The position numbers and the translations under genes were made by a program. Positions 1-7,742 of a stretch of DNA of 40,528 bases are shown here, one piece after another. The stretch comes from Thermomonospora sp. (GTDB lineage Bacteria > Actinomycetota > Actinomycetes > Streptosporangiales > Streptosporangiaceae): NCBI GenBank assembly GCA_036258615.1, contig DATADI010000086.1, positions 1 through 40,528 on the forward strand, in the 5' to 3' direction. A model generated the notes under the pieces. It was not told the DNA's origin, ran no database searches, and worked only from the letters and a program-made list of their open reading frames with translations. Positions within the stretch are counted from its first letter, which is position 1. Every line of letters begins with the position of its first letter.

Positions 1-41
1 GACGAGTCGCGTACGGCGAGGGAGAGGGAGAGGGAGCTCAT
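1..41 (-). CDS. N-terminus of an ABC-2 type (DrrB-like) transporter permease, running off the left edge
   Basis: The minus strand has RBS GAGGAGG (49-55), then ATG at 41 reading MSSLSLSLAVRDS. This resembles the MSSLSLAVRDS... start of actinomycete ABC-2 permeases. The ATG overlaps the TGA of a short ...QPEEAVR* tail (ATGA). Confidence 0.6.
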   Translation of the reverse strand, partial: MSSLSLSLAVRDS

Positions 42-61
42 CGGACAGCCTCCTCGGGCTG

Positions 62-652
62 TACCGCGCCGACCTGGCCCACCGCGCCACCGAACGCCGC
101 GCCCACCGGCGTAGGCAGGCCGCGCCCCGGGGAGCGGAGGCGCCCGCGCAGGCCTACGGACGCGACGCCGAGGCCGTGCGCGAGTACGAGGAGATGTTCA
201 CCACCGCCCTCATGGAATCGGGCGTGCCCAACAAGATGATGGCCCGGGTGCTGGTCTGCCTTTACACCAGCGACTCCGGCAGCCTCACCGCGTCCGAACT
301 CGTCCAGCGCCTCCAGGTCAGCCCGGCGTCCATCTCCAAAGCGATCACCTACCTGGAGAGCCAGGGCCTGGTCCGCCGGGAACGCGACGAACGCCGCCGC
401 GACCGCTACGTCGTCGACGACGACATCTGGTACCAGTCGATGATGGCCAGCGCCCGGTCCCTCGCCCAGGTCATCGACATCGCGCGGCAGGGCGTCGGCG
501 TCCTCGGCCCCGGCACCCCCGCCGCCGCCCGCATGGAGAACGTCGCCCGCTTCCTCGACTTCGTCACCGAGAGCACCATCCGCGCCGCGGAACAGGCCCG
601 CGAGGTCCTCCACACCAAGGCCCCGGACGGCCCCGCCGACTCGTCCGTGTAG
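62..652 (+). pseudogene. 5'-truncated MarR/GbsR-type HTH regulator (possibly still translated from GTG 176 or ATG 194)
   Basis: The frame reads YRADLAHRATERRAHRRRQAAPRG...YGRDAEAVREYEE...LTASELVQRLQVSPASISKAITYLESQGLVRRERDERRR (winged HTH). Family members normally carry an additional N-terminal HTH before YRADLA; here the upstream sequence is unrelated and has no start codon. Confidence 0.65.
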
Positions 653-704
653 GTGACCTTCGGGGCGGCGGATGCGGTGACGCCGGGCTTCTGCTGTCCG
701 AGGC

Positions 705-742
705 TTGCCCTACCGGGCAGAAGCTTGCATACTTGCGCAAGT
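705..742 (+). promoter_or_regulatory. Sigma70-type promoter and palindromic operator for a leaderless arsR-type gene
   Basis: TTGCCC (705-710), 17 bp, CATACT (728-733), then GTG at 741 after a 7-nt gap. A perfect palindrome ACTTGCGCAAGT (731-742) overlaps the -10/+1 region. Confidence 0.55.
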
Positions 743-1106
743 GAGCAACCAAAGTCCGGTGGGTGACCTCGGCGCGGTGCTGTCCCACCAGCTGTTCCGC
801 GCCCTGGGAGACCCGACGCGCGTCCGCCTGGTGGACCTGCTCGCCGAACGGTGCCGTGCGTGTTCGGTGTCCGAGCTGGCCGAGTGCCTGGAGGTCGACC
901 TGTCGGTGGTGTCCCGGCATCTGGCGCTGCTGCGGGCGGCCGGTGTGCTGCGGGCGACCAAGACCGGCCGGACCGTCCTGTACGAGATCCAGTTCGACGC
1001 GCTCGCCGAGGTGCTGCGGGGCATCGCCGACGCCCTGGACCGCGCCCGGGACGACTTCCAGAACGCCTCCTCCTGCACACCCCCCAGCGAAGGGACGACA
1101 CCATGA
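741..1106 (+). CDS. ArsR/SmtB family transcriptional regulator
   Basis: FRALGDPTRVRLVDLL...CRACSVSELAEC...SVVSRHLALLRAAGVL...GRTVLY. Start placed at GTG 741 from the promoter position. Confidence 0.9.
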   Translation: MSNQSPVGDLGAVLSHQLFRALGDPTRVRLVDLLAERCRACSVSELAECLEVDLSVVSRHLALLRAAGVLRATKTGRTVLYEIQFDALAEVLRGIADALDRARDDFQNASSCTPPSEGTTP

Positions 1107-1621
1107 CGGCCATCGAGGTCGCCCCCACCGACACGCCCGTGGCCGAGGCACGCCTGGTCATCGAGTACTGGACGGTGGCCATGGGCGACGCCTCCTGCGA
1201 CACCTGTGACAGCACCCTCGCCACCCTCACCGGCGCGGTCGAGACCCTCGGGCCCCTGGCCGGGCGGCTCGGCATCACCCTGGAGGTCGTACCGCGCACC
1301 GTCTCGACCTGGGCGCAGGCCCTGGAGCACGAGATCACCGCATCGCCGACCATCCGGGCCGCCGGTGTCACGCTGCGCCCCTCGCACCCGGACGACACCG
1401 AGCGGCGCCTGTGGACCTGGCGTGGCCGCACCGGCACCGCGCTCCCCCAGGAGGCCGTGCTCGACACCCTGCTGCAGGCCCTGGCCGCGCACAGCAGCCG
1501 GATCGGCGACTACCTGGCCCAGGGCGGCCCGTCCGGCTACCTCCGGCGCTTCCTTTCCGCCCCGGCCTCCGCTCCCTCGACGCGATCCGCTCCGTGCGAG
1601 TCCGGCACCGCCTGCTCCTGA
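1103..1621 (+). CDS. DUF2703-like thioredoxin-fold CxxC protein
   Basis: ATG 1103 overlaps the upstream stop (ATGA) and follows GAAGGGA. Motifs IEYW...CDTC...SPTIR...RLWTWRG...LxxAL resemble DUF2703; Cys-containing tail CESGTACS. Confidence 0.7.
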   Translation: MTAIEVAPTDTPVAEARLVIEYWTVAMGDASCDTCDSTLATLTGAVETLGPLAGRLGITLEVVPRTVSTWAQALEHEITASPTIRAAGVTLRPSHPDDTERRLWTWRGRTGTALPQEAVLDTLLQALAAHSSRIGDYLAQGGPSGYLRRFLSAPASAPSTRSAPCESGTACS

Positions 1622-1640
1622 CCCGTCCGGCATGGGGCTC

Positions 1641-1683
1641 TTGAATCATCGCCCAATGCGGATAACATCGCCCTATGGCGATG
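1641..1683 (+). promoter_or_regulatory. Promoter and tandem operator of the CmtR-like regulator
   Basis: TTGAAT (1641-1646), 16 bp, TAACAT (1663-1668). Perfect inverted repeat CATCGCC-ctat-GGCGATG (1666-1683), with an imperfect copy at 1647-1664. Confidence 0.6.
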
Positions 1684-2055
1684 AAAAGCGCGGCGGTCGT
1701 CCCGGCGGCCGAGGGGTGTGGGGCGCCGTCGGCGGCGGTGGCGTTGTTCCGGTCGCTGGGGGACCCGTCCCGGCTGGCGATCCTGCTGAGGCTCGCCGAG
1801 GGTGAGGCCCGCGTGGTCGACCTGGTCGCCGCGGTCGGGCTTGCGCAGTCCACCGTGTCGGCGCACCTGGCCTGTCTGCGTGACTGTGGCCTGGTCGACT
1901 CGCGTCCCGAGGGCCGCTCGTCGCGGTACTTCCTGGCCAGGCCCGAGCTGCTGGACCTGCTCAGGGCCGCCGAAGGGCTGCTGGCCGCGACCGGGGAGGC
2001 GGTGGCGCTGTGCCCCGCCTACGGCACCGCGAGCCGACGGGACACGCGGCCGTGA
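1675..2055 (+). CDS. ArsR/SmtB family regulator, CmtR-like (Cd/Pb-sensing type)
   Basis: LFRSLGDPSRLAIL...QSTVSAHLACLRDCGLV (CxxxC in helix 4) plus a C-terminal Cys (ALCPAYG), the alpha4C arrangement of CmtR. Confidence 0.88.
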   Translation: MAMKSAAVVPAAEGCGAPSAAVALFRSLGDPSRLAILLRLAEGEARVVDLVAAVGLAQSTVSAHLACLRDCGLVDSRPEGRSSRYFLARPELLDLLRAAEGLLAATGEAVALCPAYGTASRRDTRP

Positions 2056-2762
2056 CGGCCGTGACCGCCGGGCGGGCCGCGCGGCGCCGGGCGGTGCTGA
2101 CCCGCCGGGTCCGGCTGCTCGTGGCCGCGACGATCACCTACAACGCGGTCGAGGCGGCGGTCGCGGTCACCGCCGGGACCGTCGCCTCCTCCGGTGCGCT
2201 GGTGGCGTTCGGGCTGGACTCGGTGATCGAGGTGGCCTCGGCCGCTGCGGTCGCCTGGCAGTTCTCCGCCCGCGACCCGCAGGTGGTCCAGCGGCGGGAG
2301 GCGAGGGCGTTGCGGATCATCGCGGTCTCGTTCTTCGCGCTGGCCGCCTACGTCACCGCCGACTCGATGCTGGCCCTGCTGGGCGGCGGTGACGCCGAGC
2401 ACTCCACCCCCGGCCTGGTGCTGGCCGCCCTGAGTCTCGCGGTCATGCCGGGCCTGTCGCACGCCCAGCGCCGCGCCGGTCGTGAACTCGGCTCGGCCAG
2501 CGCCGTCGCCGACTCCCGGCAGACGCTGCTGTGCACGTACCTCTCCGCCGTCCTGCTGGTCGGCCTGGCGGTCAACAGCCTGCTGGGGTGGACGTGGGCG
2601 GACCCGGTCGCCGCACTCGTGATCGCCGCCGTGGCGGTCAGGGAGGGACGCGCGGCCTGGCGCGGGGACACCTGCTGCGCGGTGCCCGCCGCCACGAGCC
2701 CGGCGCCCGCGTGCGGAACGTGCGAGCCGTCCTGCGGCTGCTGCTCCGGGCCGTCCCGCTGA
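2052..2762 (+). CDS. Cation efflux (CDF-like) membrane transporter with Cys-rich tail
   Basis: GTG 2052 overlaps the upstream stop. Hydrophobic helices with YNAVEA, FGLDSVIE, ADSRQTLLC and WADPVAAL; tail CCAVP...CGTCEPSCGCCSG. Confidence 0.85.
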   Translation: MTAVTAGRAARRRAVLTRRVRLLVAATITYNAVEAAVAVTAGTVASSGALVAFGLDSVIEVASAAAVAWQFSARDPQVVQRREARALRIIAVSFFALAAYVTADSMLALLGGGDAEHSTPGLVLAALSLAVMPGLSHAQRRAGRELGSASAVADSRQTLLCTYLSAVLLVGLAVNSLLGWTWADPVAALVIAAVAVREGRAAWRGDTCCAVPAATSPAPACGTCEPSCGCCSGPSR

Positions 2763-2802
2763 AGGTCGCCGCCCCGGCGATCGGCGGTGGCGGGCGCGGT
2801 CG

Positions 2803-3183
2803 TCAGCAGCAGAACCTGAGGTAGTTCTGCAGGTCGGCGAGGGCTTGGGCGGTGCGTTCCTTGTCGCCTCGGTAGAGGACGACCTTGCCTTCGCGGCGGG
2901 AGGTGACGATCCCGCCCCGGCGGAGCACGGCCAGTTGCTGGGAGGCGTTGGACTGGCCGATGCCCGCGCGCTCGGCGATCTCGCCGACGGACAGCTCGGC
3001 GCCCTGGGAGAACAGCAGCATGATCTGCTGACGTGTCGGGCTGGCGAGGGCCTTGAGGAACTCGTGCGTGGTCTCGGCCAGTTCCGGGGGCTGCCGTGAG
3101 GATGCCGGGCCGCATCCGGCCGCGCAGGTCGGCGCGGTGGCCGCCGTCGATCCCGGTGACGGCGACGCTGTCGGCTCGGTCAT
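2803..3183 (-). CDS. ArsR/SmtB family regulator with C-terminal Cys-Cys
   Basis: FLKALASPTRQQIM...LSVGEIAERAGIGQSNASQQLAVLRRGGIV...REGKVVLY; ends YLRFCC; N-terminal CAAGC. ATG 3183 follows a GAGGGG RBS. Confidence 0.88.
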   Translation of the reverse strand: MTEPTASPSPGSTAATAPTCAAGCGPASSRQPPELAETTHEFLKALASPTRQQIMLLFSQGAELSVGEIAERAGIGQSNASQQLAVLRRGGIVTSRREGKVVLYRGDKERTAQALADLQNYLRFCC

Positions 3184-3219
3184 CGGCGCACCCCCTCGGA
3201 GCGGCACCCTACCACCACA

Positions 3220-3247
3220 TTGACATATTAAAAGATTAAGATATGTT
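3220..3247 (+). promoter_or_regulatory. Promoter and operator in the AT-rich divergent spacer
   Basis: TTGACA (3220-3225), 16 bp, TATGTT (3242-3247). Inverted repeat ACATAT-N12-ATATGT (3223-3246). ATG 3255 follows after a 7-nt gap (leaderless). Confidence 0.6.
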
Positions 3248-3254
3248 GCACGCC

Positions 3255-4331
3255 ATGACGATGCGCAACGGACCCGTGGTGATCATCGGAGGCGGGCAGT
3301 CCGGGCTGGCGGCGGCCCGCGCGGTCCGGGAGGCGGGGCTGTCTCCGCTGGTCCTGGAGGCGTCCGGCCGGGCGGCCGGGTCGTGGCCGAGCTACTACGA
3401 CAGCCTGACCCTGTTCTCACCCGCCCGCCACAGTGCCCTGCCCGGCCTGGACTTCGGCGGTGACCCCGACCGGTATCCGCACCGGGACGAGGTGGTCGCC
3501 TACCTGGAGCGGTACGCGGCCTGGCTCGGCGTCGAAGTCCGTACGGGCGTCCGGGTGGAGTCGGTGCGGCCCGGCCACGGTGGGGGCTTCACCGTACGGG
3601 CCGACGACGGGCAGGAGATCGCGGCGGCGGGTGTGGTGGCCGCGAGCGGTTCGCGGCCGTACGTCCCGGAGTTGCCGGGGCAGGAGACGTTCACCGGCGA
3701 GGTGCTCCACGTGGCCGCCTACCGCAACCCCACGCGGTACGAGGGCAGGCGGGTCATCGTGGTCGGGGCGGGCGACTCCGCCGTGCAGATCGGCTACGAA
3801 CTGGCCCAGGTCGCGCGGGTGACGTTGGCCTCGCGCGCTCCGGTGCGGCTGATGTCGCGGCTCCAGCGGGGACGCGACGTCCACCACTGGTCGGTGACGA
3901 GCGGCTTCGACCTGCTGCCACCGGAGTGGCTGGCCCGGATCGTGCCCGGCCGCCTGGTCAACGACCCCGGCGACTACGAACGGGCGTTCGCTTCGGGACG
4001 GCTGGAACGCAGGCCGATGTTCCTCCGCCTCGACGAGGACCACGTGGTGTGGGCGGACGGGACCAGGGAACGGGTGGACGCGATCCTCCTGGCCACCGGC
4101 TACCTGCCTGACCTCGGCTACCTCGCCGGTCTGGGGGCGCTGGACGACCGGGGACTGCCGCTGCACTCCGGTGGCCTGTCGGTGACCGTGCCGGGGCTGG
4201 TCTACCTGGGGTTGGAGTTCCAGCGGTCGTTCGCCTCCAACACCCTGCGCGGCGTGGCCCGCGACGCCGACTTCGTCATCGGGCCGCTGGCCGCCTACGC
4301 CGCCGGAGCGCCCGCCGCGATCGGGCTGTGA
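3255..4331 (+). CDS. Flavin-containing monooxygenase, ArsO-like NAD(P)/FAD oxidoreductase
   Basis: GGGQSGLAA Rossmann motif, GSWPSYYDSLTLFSP, FMO fingerprint FTGEVLHVAAY, GAGDSA and ATGY; divergent from an ArsR gene. Confidence 0.85.
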   Translation: MTMRNGPVVIIGGGQSGLAAARAVREAGLSPLVLEASGRAAGSWPSYYDSLTLFSPARHSALPGLDFGGDPDRYPHRDEVVAYLERYAAWLGVEVRTGVRVESVRPGHGGGFTVRADDGQEIAAAGVVAASGSRPYVPELPGQETFTGEVLHVAAYRNPTRYEGRRVIVVGAGDSAVQIGYELAQVARVTLASRAPVRLMSRLQRGRDVHHWSVTSGFDLLPPEWLARIVPGRLVNDPGDYERAFASGRLERRPMFLRLDEDHVVWADGTRERVDAILLATGYLPDLGYLAGLGALDDRGLPLHSGGLSVTVPGLVYLGLEFQRSFASNTLRGVARDADFVIGPLAAYAAGAPAAIGL

Positions 4332-4416
4332 CGGCCCTACGGCTGGGCGGCGTTCACCGTGCCGGAGGCCCGCGCGAGCCGGTCGCGGGACGCGGGTGGG
4401 CCACCGGCACCGGTGG

Positions 4417-4755
4417 CTAGGCGAGGGCGGGGAGGGCGAACAGGCCCGCCAAGCGGGTGAGCGCGTCGGGGACCACGCGGTAGTAGACCCAGGTTCCGCG
4501 TCGTTCGCCCTCGATCAGACCGGCCTGGCGCAGCACCTTCAGGTGGTGGGAGATGGTGGGGGCGCTCAGGTCGAACGGCGTGGTCAGGTCGCACACACAC
4601 GCCTCGCCGCCCTCCCCGGAGGCGATCAGGTTCAGCAGCCGGAGCCGGACGGGGTCGGCCAGGGCCTTGAACACCCCGGCCAGCTCGACCGCCTCCTCCT
4701 GCGACAGCACCGGCCCGTCCAGCGGGGCACAGCAGGGCGCTTCGGATTTAGACAT
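4417..4755 (-). CDS. arsR: ArsR family As(III)/Sb(III)-type repressor
   Basis: MSKSEAPCC...FKALADPVRLRLL...EACVCDL...PTISHHLKVLRQAGLI...RRGTWVYY, with the classic CVCDL site plus an N-terminal CC. Confidence 0.9.
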   Translation of the reverse strand: MSKSEAPCCAPLDGPVLSQEEAVELAGVFKALADPVRLRLLNLIASGEGGEACVCDLTTPFDLSAPTISHHLKVLRQAGLIEGERRGTWVYYRVVPDALTRLAGLFALPALA

Positions 4756-4818
4756 GCATCTAATTTGACATCCATCTATGCAGCGGGGCAAGCTGGCCTT
4801 GCTTCGACAGATTTCTAA
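4748..4818. promoter_or_regulatory. Three ArsR-type operator boxes (TTnGA-N6-TCTAW)
   Basis: TTAGACATGCATCTAA (4748-4763), TTTGACATCCATCTAT (4764-4779) and TTCGACAGATTTCTAA (4803-4818) in the divergent spacer. Confidence 0.7.
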
Positions 4819-4862
4819 TCAAGGTCGCCGGGACGAGGGCGTCGCACAACCGGAGGAGCGTC

Positions 4863-6449
4863 ATGGACGAGACCACCCAGACCCAGGCCGGGGCGTGCTG
4901 CGGAGTGAGCGCGTGCTGTACGGACGCCGAGCAGGCGGTGGACCCCGCGACCACCGTTCACCAGGCCAAGACCGACGCCGGGTGCGGCTGCCTGCACGAC
5001 CGGGACGAAGAACCGCCGGTGGTGGTGGTCGGGGCGGGGCCGGTGGGCCTGGCCGCCGCCTCCCACCTGGCCGAACGCGGGCTGCCGTTCGTGGTGCTGG
5101 AGGCCGGGGAGCAGGTCGGCGCGGCGGTCGCCGCGTGGGGGCACGTGCGGCTCTTCTCTCCCTGGCGGTACGACATCGACGCCGCCGCCCGACGCCTGCT
5201 GGAGCCCACCGGGTGGGTCGCTCCGTCCGACGACGCTCTGCCCACCGGTGCTGAGCTGGTTCGCGACTATCTGGCCCCGCTGGCGGCCGTTCCCGCGCTG
5301 GCCGACCGGATCCGCACTCGCACGCGGGTCATCGCGATCACCCGCGATGGTGTGGACGTCACCCGCACCATCGGCCGGGACGACCGCCCCCTGCTGGTCC
5401 GCACCGTTACCGCGGACGGAGCCTATGAGGACCTGCGGGCTCGTGCGGTGATCGACGCCTCCGGCACCTGGGGACGTCCCAACCCGCTGGGGCACTCCGG
5501 GCTTCCCGCGCCCGGCGAGGAGCAGGCCGCCCGGTACATCACCGGGCCGCTCCCGGACGTTCTGGGCCGCGACCGTGACCGCTTCGCCAGCAAGCACACC
5601 CTGGTCGTCGGCATGGGGCACTCGGCCGCCAACACCCTCCTCGACCTGGCCGAACTCGCCGCCCACACCCCCGGCACCCGCATCACCTGGGCCGTACGCG
5701 GCGCCTCGGTCGCCCGCCTGTACGGCGGCGGCGACGCCGACGGCCTCCCGGCACGCGGCGCCCTGGGGTCACGGCTCAAGCAGGCCGTCCAATCCGGCGC
5801 GATCGACCTCGTCCGCGGCTTCTCCATCACCCGCCTGGCCACCCCCGACGGCGATGGGCCCGTCCAGGTGACCGGACGTACCCCCGACGGTGAGCGCACC
5901 CTGACCGCCGACACCGTCGTGGCCGCCACCGGGTTCCGCCCCGACCTGGACATGCTCCGGGAGGTCCGCGTCGAACTCGACCGGGCCACCGAGGCTCCGG
6001 TCAAGCTCGCGCCGTTGATCGACCCGAACTTCCACAGCTGCGGCACCGTCCCCCCGCACGGCGAACGCGAACTGGCCCACCCCGAGCAGGGCTTCTACCT
6101 GGCCGGGATGAAGAGCTACGGCCGCGCCCCCACGTTCCTGCTCGCCACCGGGTACGAGCAGGTCCGTTCCATCGTGGCCGCCCTCGCCGGAGACCGGCAG
6201 GCCGCCGACACCGTCCACCTCGACCTTCCCGAAACCGGCGTCTGCTCCACCGACCTGCCCACCGAGGACGAAGCAGGAGGCTGCGGCACCTCCTGCTCCA
6301 CCCAGCCCACCGACGCGGCCGCCGAGCAGAACGAAGGCTGCTGCGGGGCCTCCGCACCCCAGCCCGTCTCCCTCACCGTCGGCGGGCTCGGCTTCGCCAC
6401 CGGCCACGTCCACGGCTACTCCGGCGAGATCGCACACACCGACGCCTGA
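4863..6449 (+). CDS. FAD/NAD(P)-dependent oxidoreductase of the arsenic-associated flavoprotein family
   Basis: GGAG RBS; GAGPVGLAAA, WGHVRLFSPW, DASGTW, GMGHSA, ATGFRP, HSCGTV, GMKSYGRAPTFL and LPETGVCS; Cys-rich N- and C-terminal arms. Confidence 0.88.
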   Translation: MDETTQTQAGACCGVSACCTDAEQAVDPATTVHQAKTDAGCGCLHDRDEEPPVVVVGAGPVGLAAASHLAERGLPFVVLEAGEQVGAAVAAWGHVRLFSPWRYDIDAAARRLLEPTGWVAPSDDALPTGAELVRDYLAPLAAVPALADRIRTRTRVIAITRDGVDVTRTIGRDDRPLLVRTVTADGAYEDLRARAVIDASGTWGRPNPLGHSGLPAPGEEQAARYITGPLPDVLGRDRDRFASKHTLVVGMGHSAANTLLDLAELAAHTPGTRITWAVRGASVARLYGGGDADGLPARGALGSRLKQAVQSGAIDLVRGFSITRLATPDGDGPVQVTGRTPDGERTLTADTVVAATGFRPDLDMLREVRVELDRATEAPVKLAPLIDPNFHSCGTVPPHGERELAHPEQGFYLAGMKSYGRAPTFLLATGYEQVRSIVAALAGDRQAADTVHLDLPETGVCSTDLPTEDEAGGCGTSCSTQPTDAAAEQNEGCCGASAPQPVSLTVGGLGFATGHVHGYSGEIAHTDA

Positions 6450-6653
6450 CCTCGGCCCCGGGCCTCCACCGCCGCCGGTCACCCACGCCCCGGTACCGGC
6501 GGCGCGGCCCGAGCCCCATCACCGCCGGTTTCTGTATCGGCCTGCTCGTGCCTGCATCCTTCGCGCGGCGGAGGCGGTTGGCTCGCACGCGGGAGGCCGC
6601 TGCGGGCCGTGCTCGGAAGCATGTGTGTCATTCCCACCACACAAGGAGCGGAC

Positions 6654-7331
6654 ATGGCCATCAGAGCGTTCCGGGTCATCACGGCCGTCGGCCTGGCGGG
6701 CGGCATCGGTGTCGCCGTCGCCGGGGCCCACCTCTCGTCGGCTGCGGCGTCACCTACCGGGCACGTCGAGGCGACCGGGCAGCCCAGGGCGGCCGAAGCC
6801 GTCGTCAAGGGCGACGCCTGGGTGGACTTCACCCTCGGCCGGGAGGCGGTGCGGCGCTTCACCATCGACGTGAGCGGCCACCCGTACAAGATCGTCAACG
6901 GGCGGTTCGTGCTGGGCGCGGCCCGCGGCACCGTGACGTGGGACCACCACATGCTCCAGGGCCCCGACGCCGGGAAGCACTTCTACGGGACGATCGACGT
7001 CGACTACGTCATGACCGGTGGTCCGGTCGCGGTCATCTCCGGTAAGGCCCGGGACGCGGTGAGCGGCGGCAGGAAGGGCGACCGCGTCTCGCTCACCGTC
7101 TACGACAGCCCACAGGGGAACGCGTTCGACCGGGTCGGGTTCTCCTGGGGAGCGGCCGACCCCGCCTGCGTGCCCATCGGCCTGGCACCCGCCCCGTTCG
7201 CCCAGGTGATGAGCTTCGACGGGCTCCAGGGCGGATACACCGTCAAGCACGCCGAACTGCCCGCCCTCGACGGCCTGACGCAGGAACCGAAGACCCCGCA
7301 TCCCTGCCCCAAGCCCAAGCCCAGGCACTGA
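6654..7331 (+). CDS. Secreted hypothetical protein
   Basis: AAGGAG RBS (6643-6648), Sec-type signal peptide (MAIRAFR-hydrophobic-AAA), high-GC codon bias and two Cys. Confidence 0.75.
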   Translation: MAIRAFRVITAVGLAGGIGVAVAGAHLSSAAASPTGHVEATGQPRAAEAVVKGDAWVDFTLGREAVRRFTIDVSGHPYKIVNGRFVLGAARGTVTWDHHMLQGPDAGKHFYGTIDVDYVMTGGPVAVISGKARDAVSGGRKGDRVSLTVYDSPQGNAFDRVGFSWGAADPACVPIGLAPAPFAQVMSFDGLQGGYTVKHAELPALDGLTQEPKTPHPCPKPKPRH

Positions 7332-7352
7332 CCCAGGCGACACCACCACCCG

Positions 7353-7742
7353 CTACACGCAACCGGGGAAGGCGTCGATGAACCCCTGCGGAGGCCGATA
7401 CGAGTGGGCTCCGATGTAGTGGGCGACGAGGTTGGGAGCGGCGTACACGGTGCCGTCCGGACCCACGACTCTGATCTCCGCGTCGCCCAGGGCCAGTTCC
7501 GTGCCCTCGAAGTCCATCCGGATCGGGTAGGGCCCTGCGGGGCAGAGGAAGCACTCGTGCCACCCACGGGTGCGGTTCACCAGGCGGCGTTCGGCCGTCA
7601 TCCGCAGGATGGCGCGCACCACTCGCTCGGGCACGGGGCCCGTGGGGAACGCATGTCCGGCCGCGAGCCACCCCACGTTGAGCGCGGGACGTGTGTCGCT
7701 CGCGCGGTAGGAGTACGGGCTCAGATCGGAGAAATGGGTCAT
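7353..7742 (-). CDS. Conserved hypothetical protein, possibly metal-binding (HxCxxC...HY...H)
   Basis: MTHFSDLSPYSY...NVGWL...RGWHECFLC...LGDAEIRV...YAAPNLVAHYIGAHSYRPP. The ATG overlaps the stop of the DAO gene. Confidence 0.75.
   Translation of the reverse strand: MTHFSDLSPYSYRASDTRPALNVGWLAAGHAFPTGPVPERVVRAILRMTAERRLVNRTRGWHECFLCPAGPYPIRMDFEGTELALGDAEIRVVGPDGTVYAAPNLVAHYIGAHSYRPPQGFIDAFPGCV

Noticed and set aside
38-613. 191-aa minus-strand ORF
   Set aside because: Mostly antisense to the regulator; only the last ~7 codons plausibly derive from a real (deleted) gene.
660-6540. Metal island as a mobile element
   Set aside because: No integrase, transposase, tRNA or flanking direct repeats were seen.
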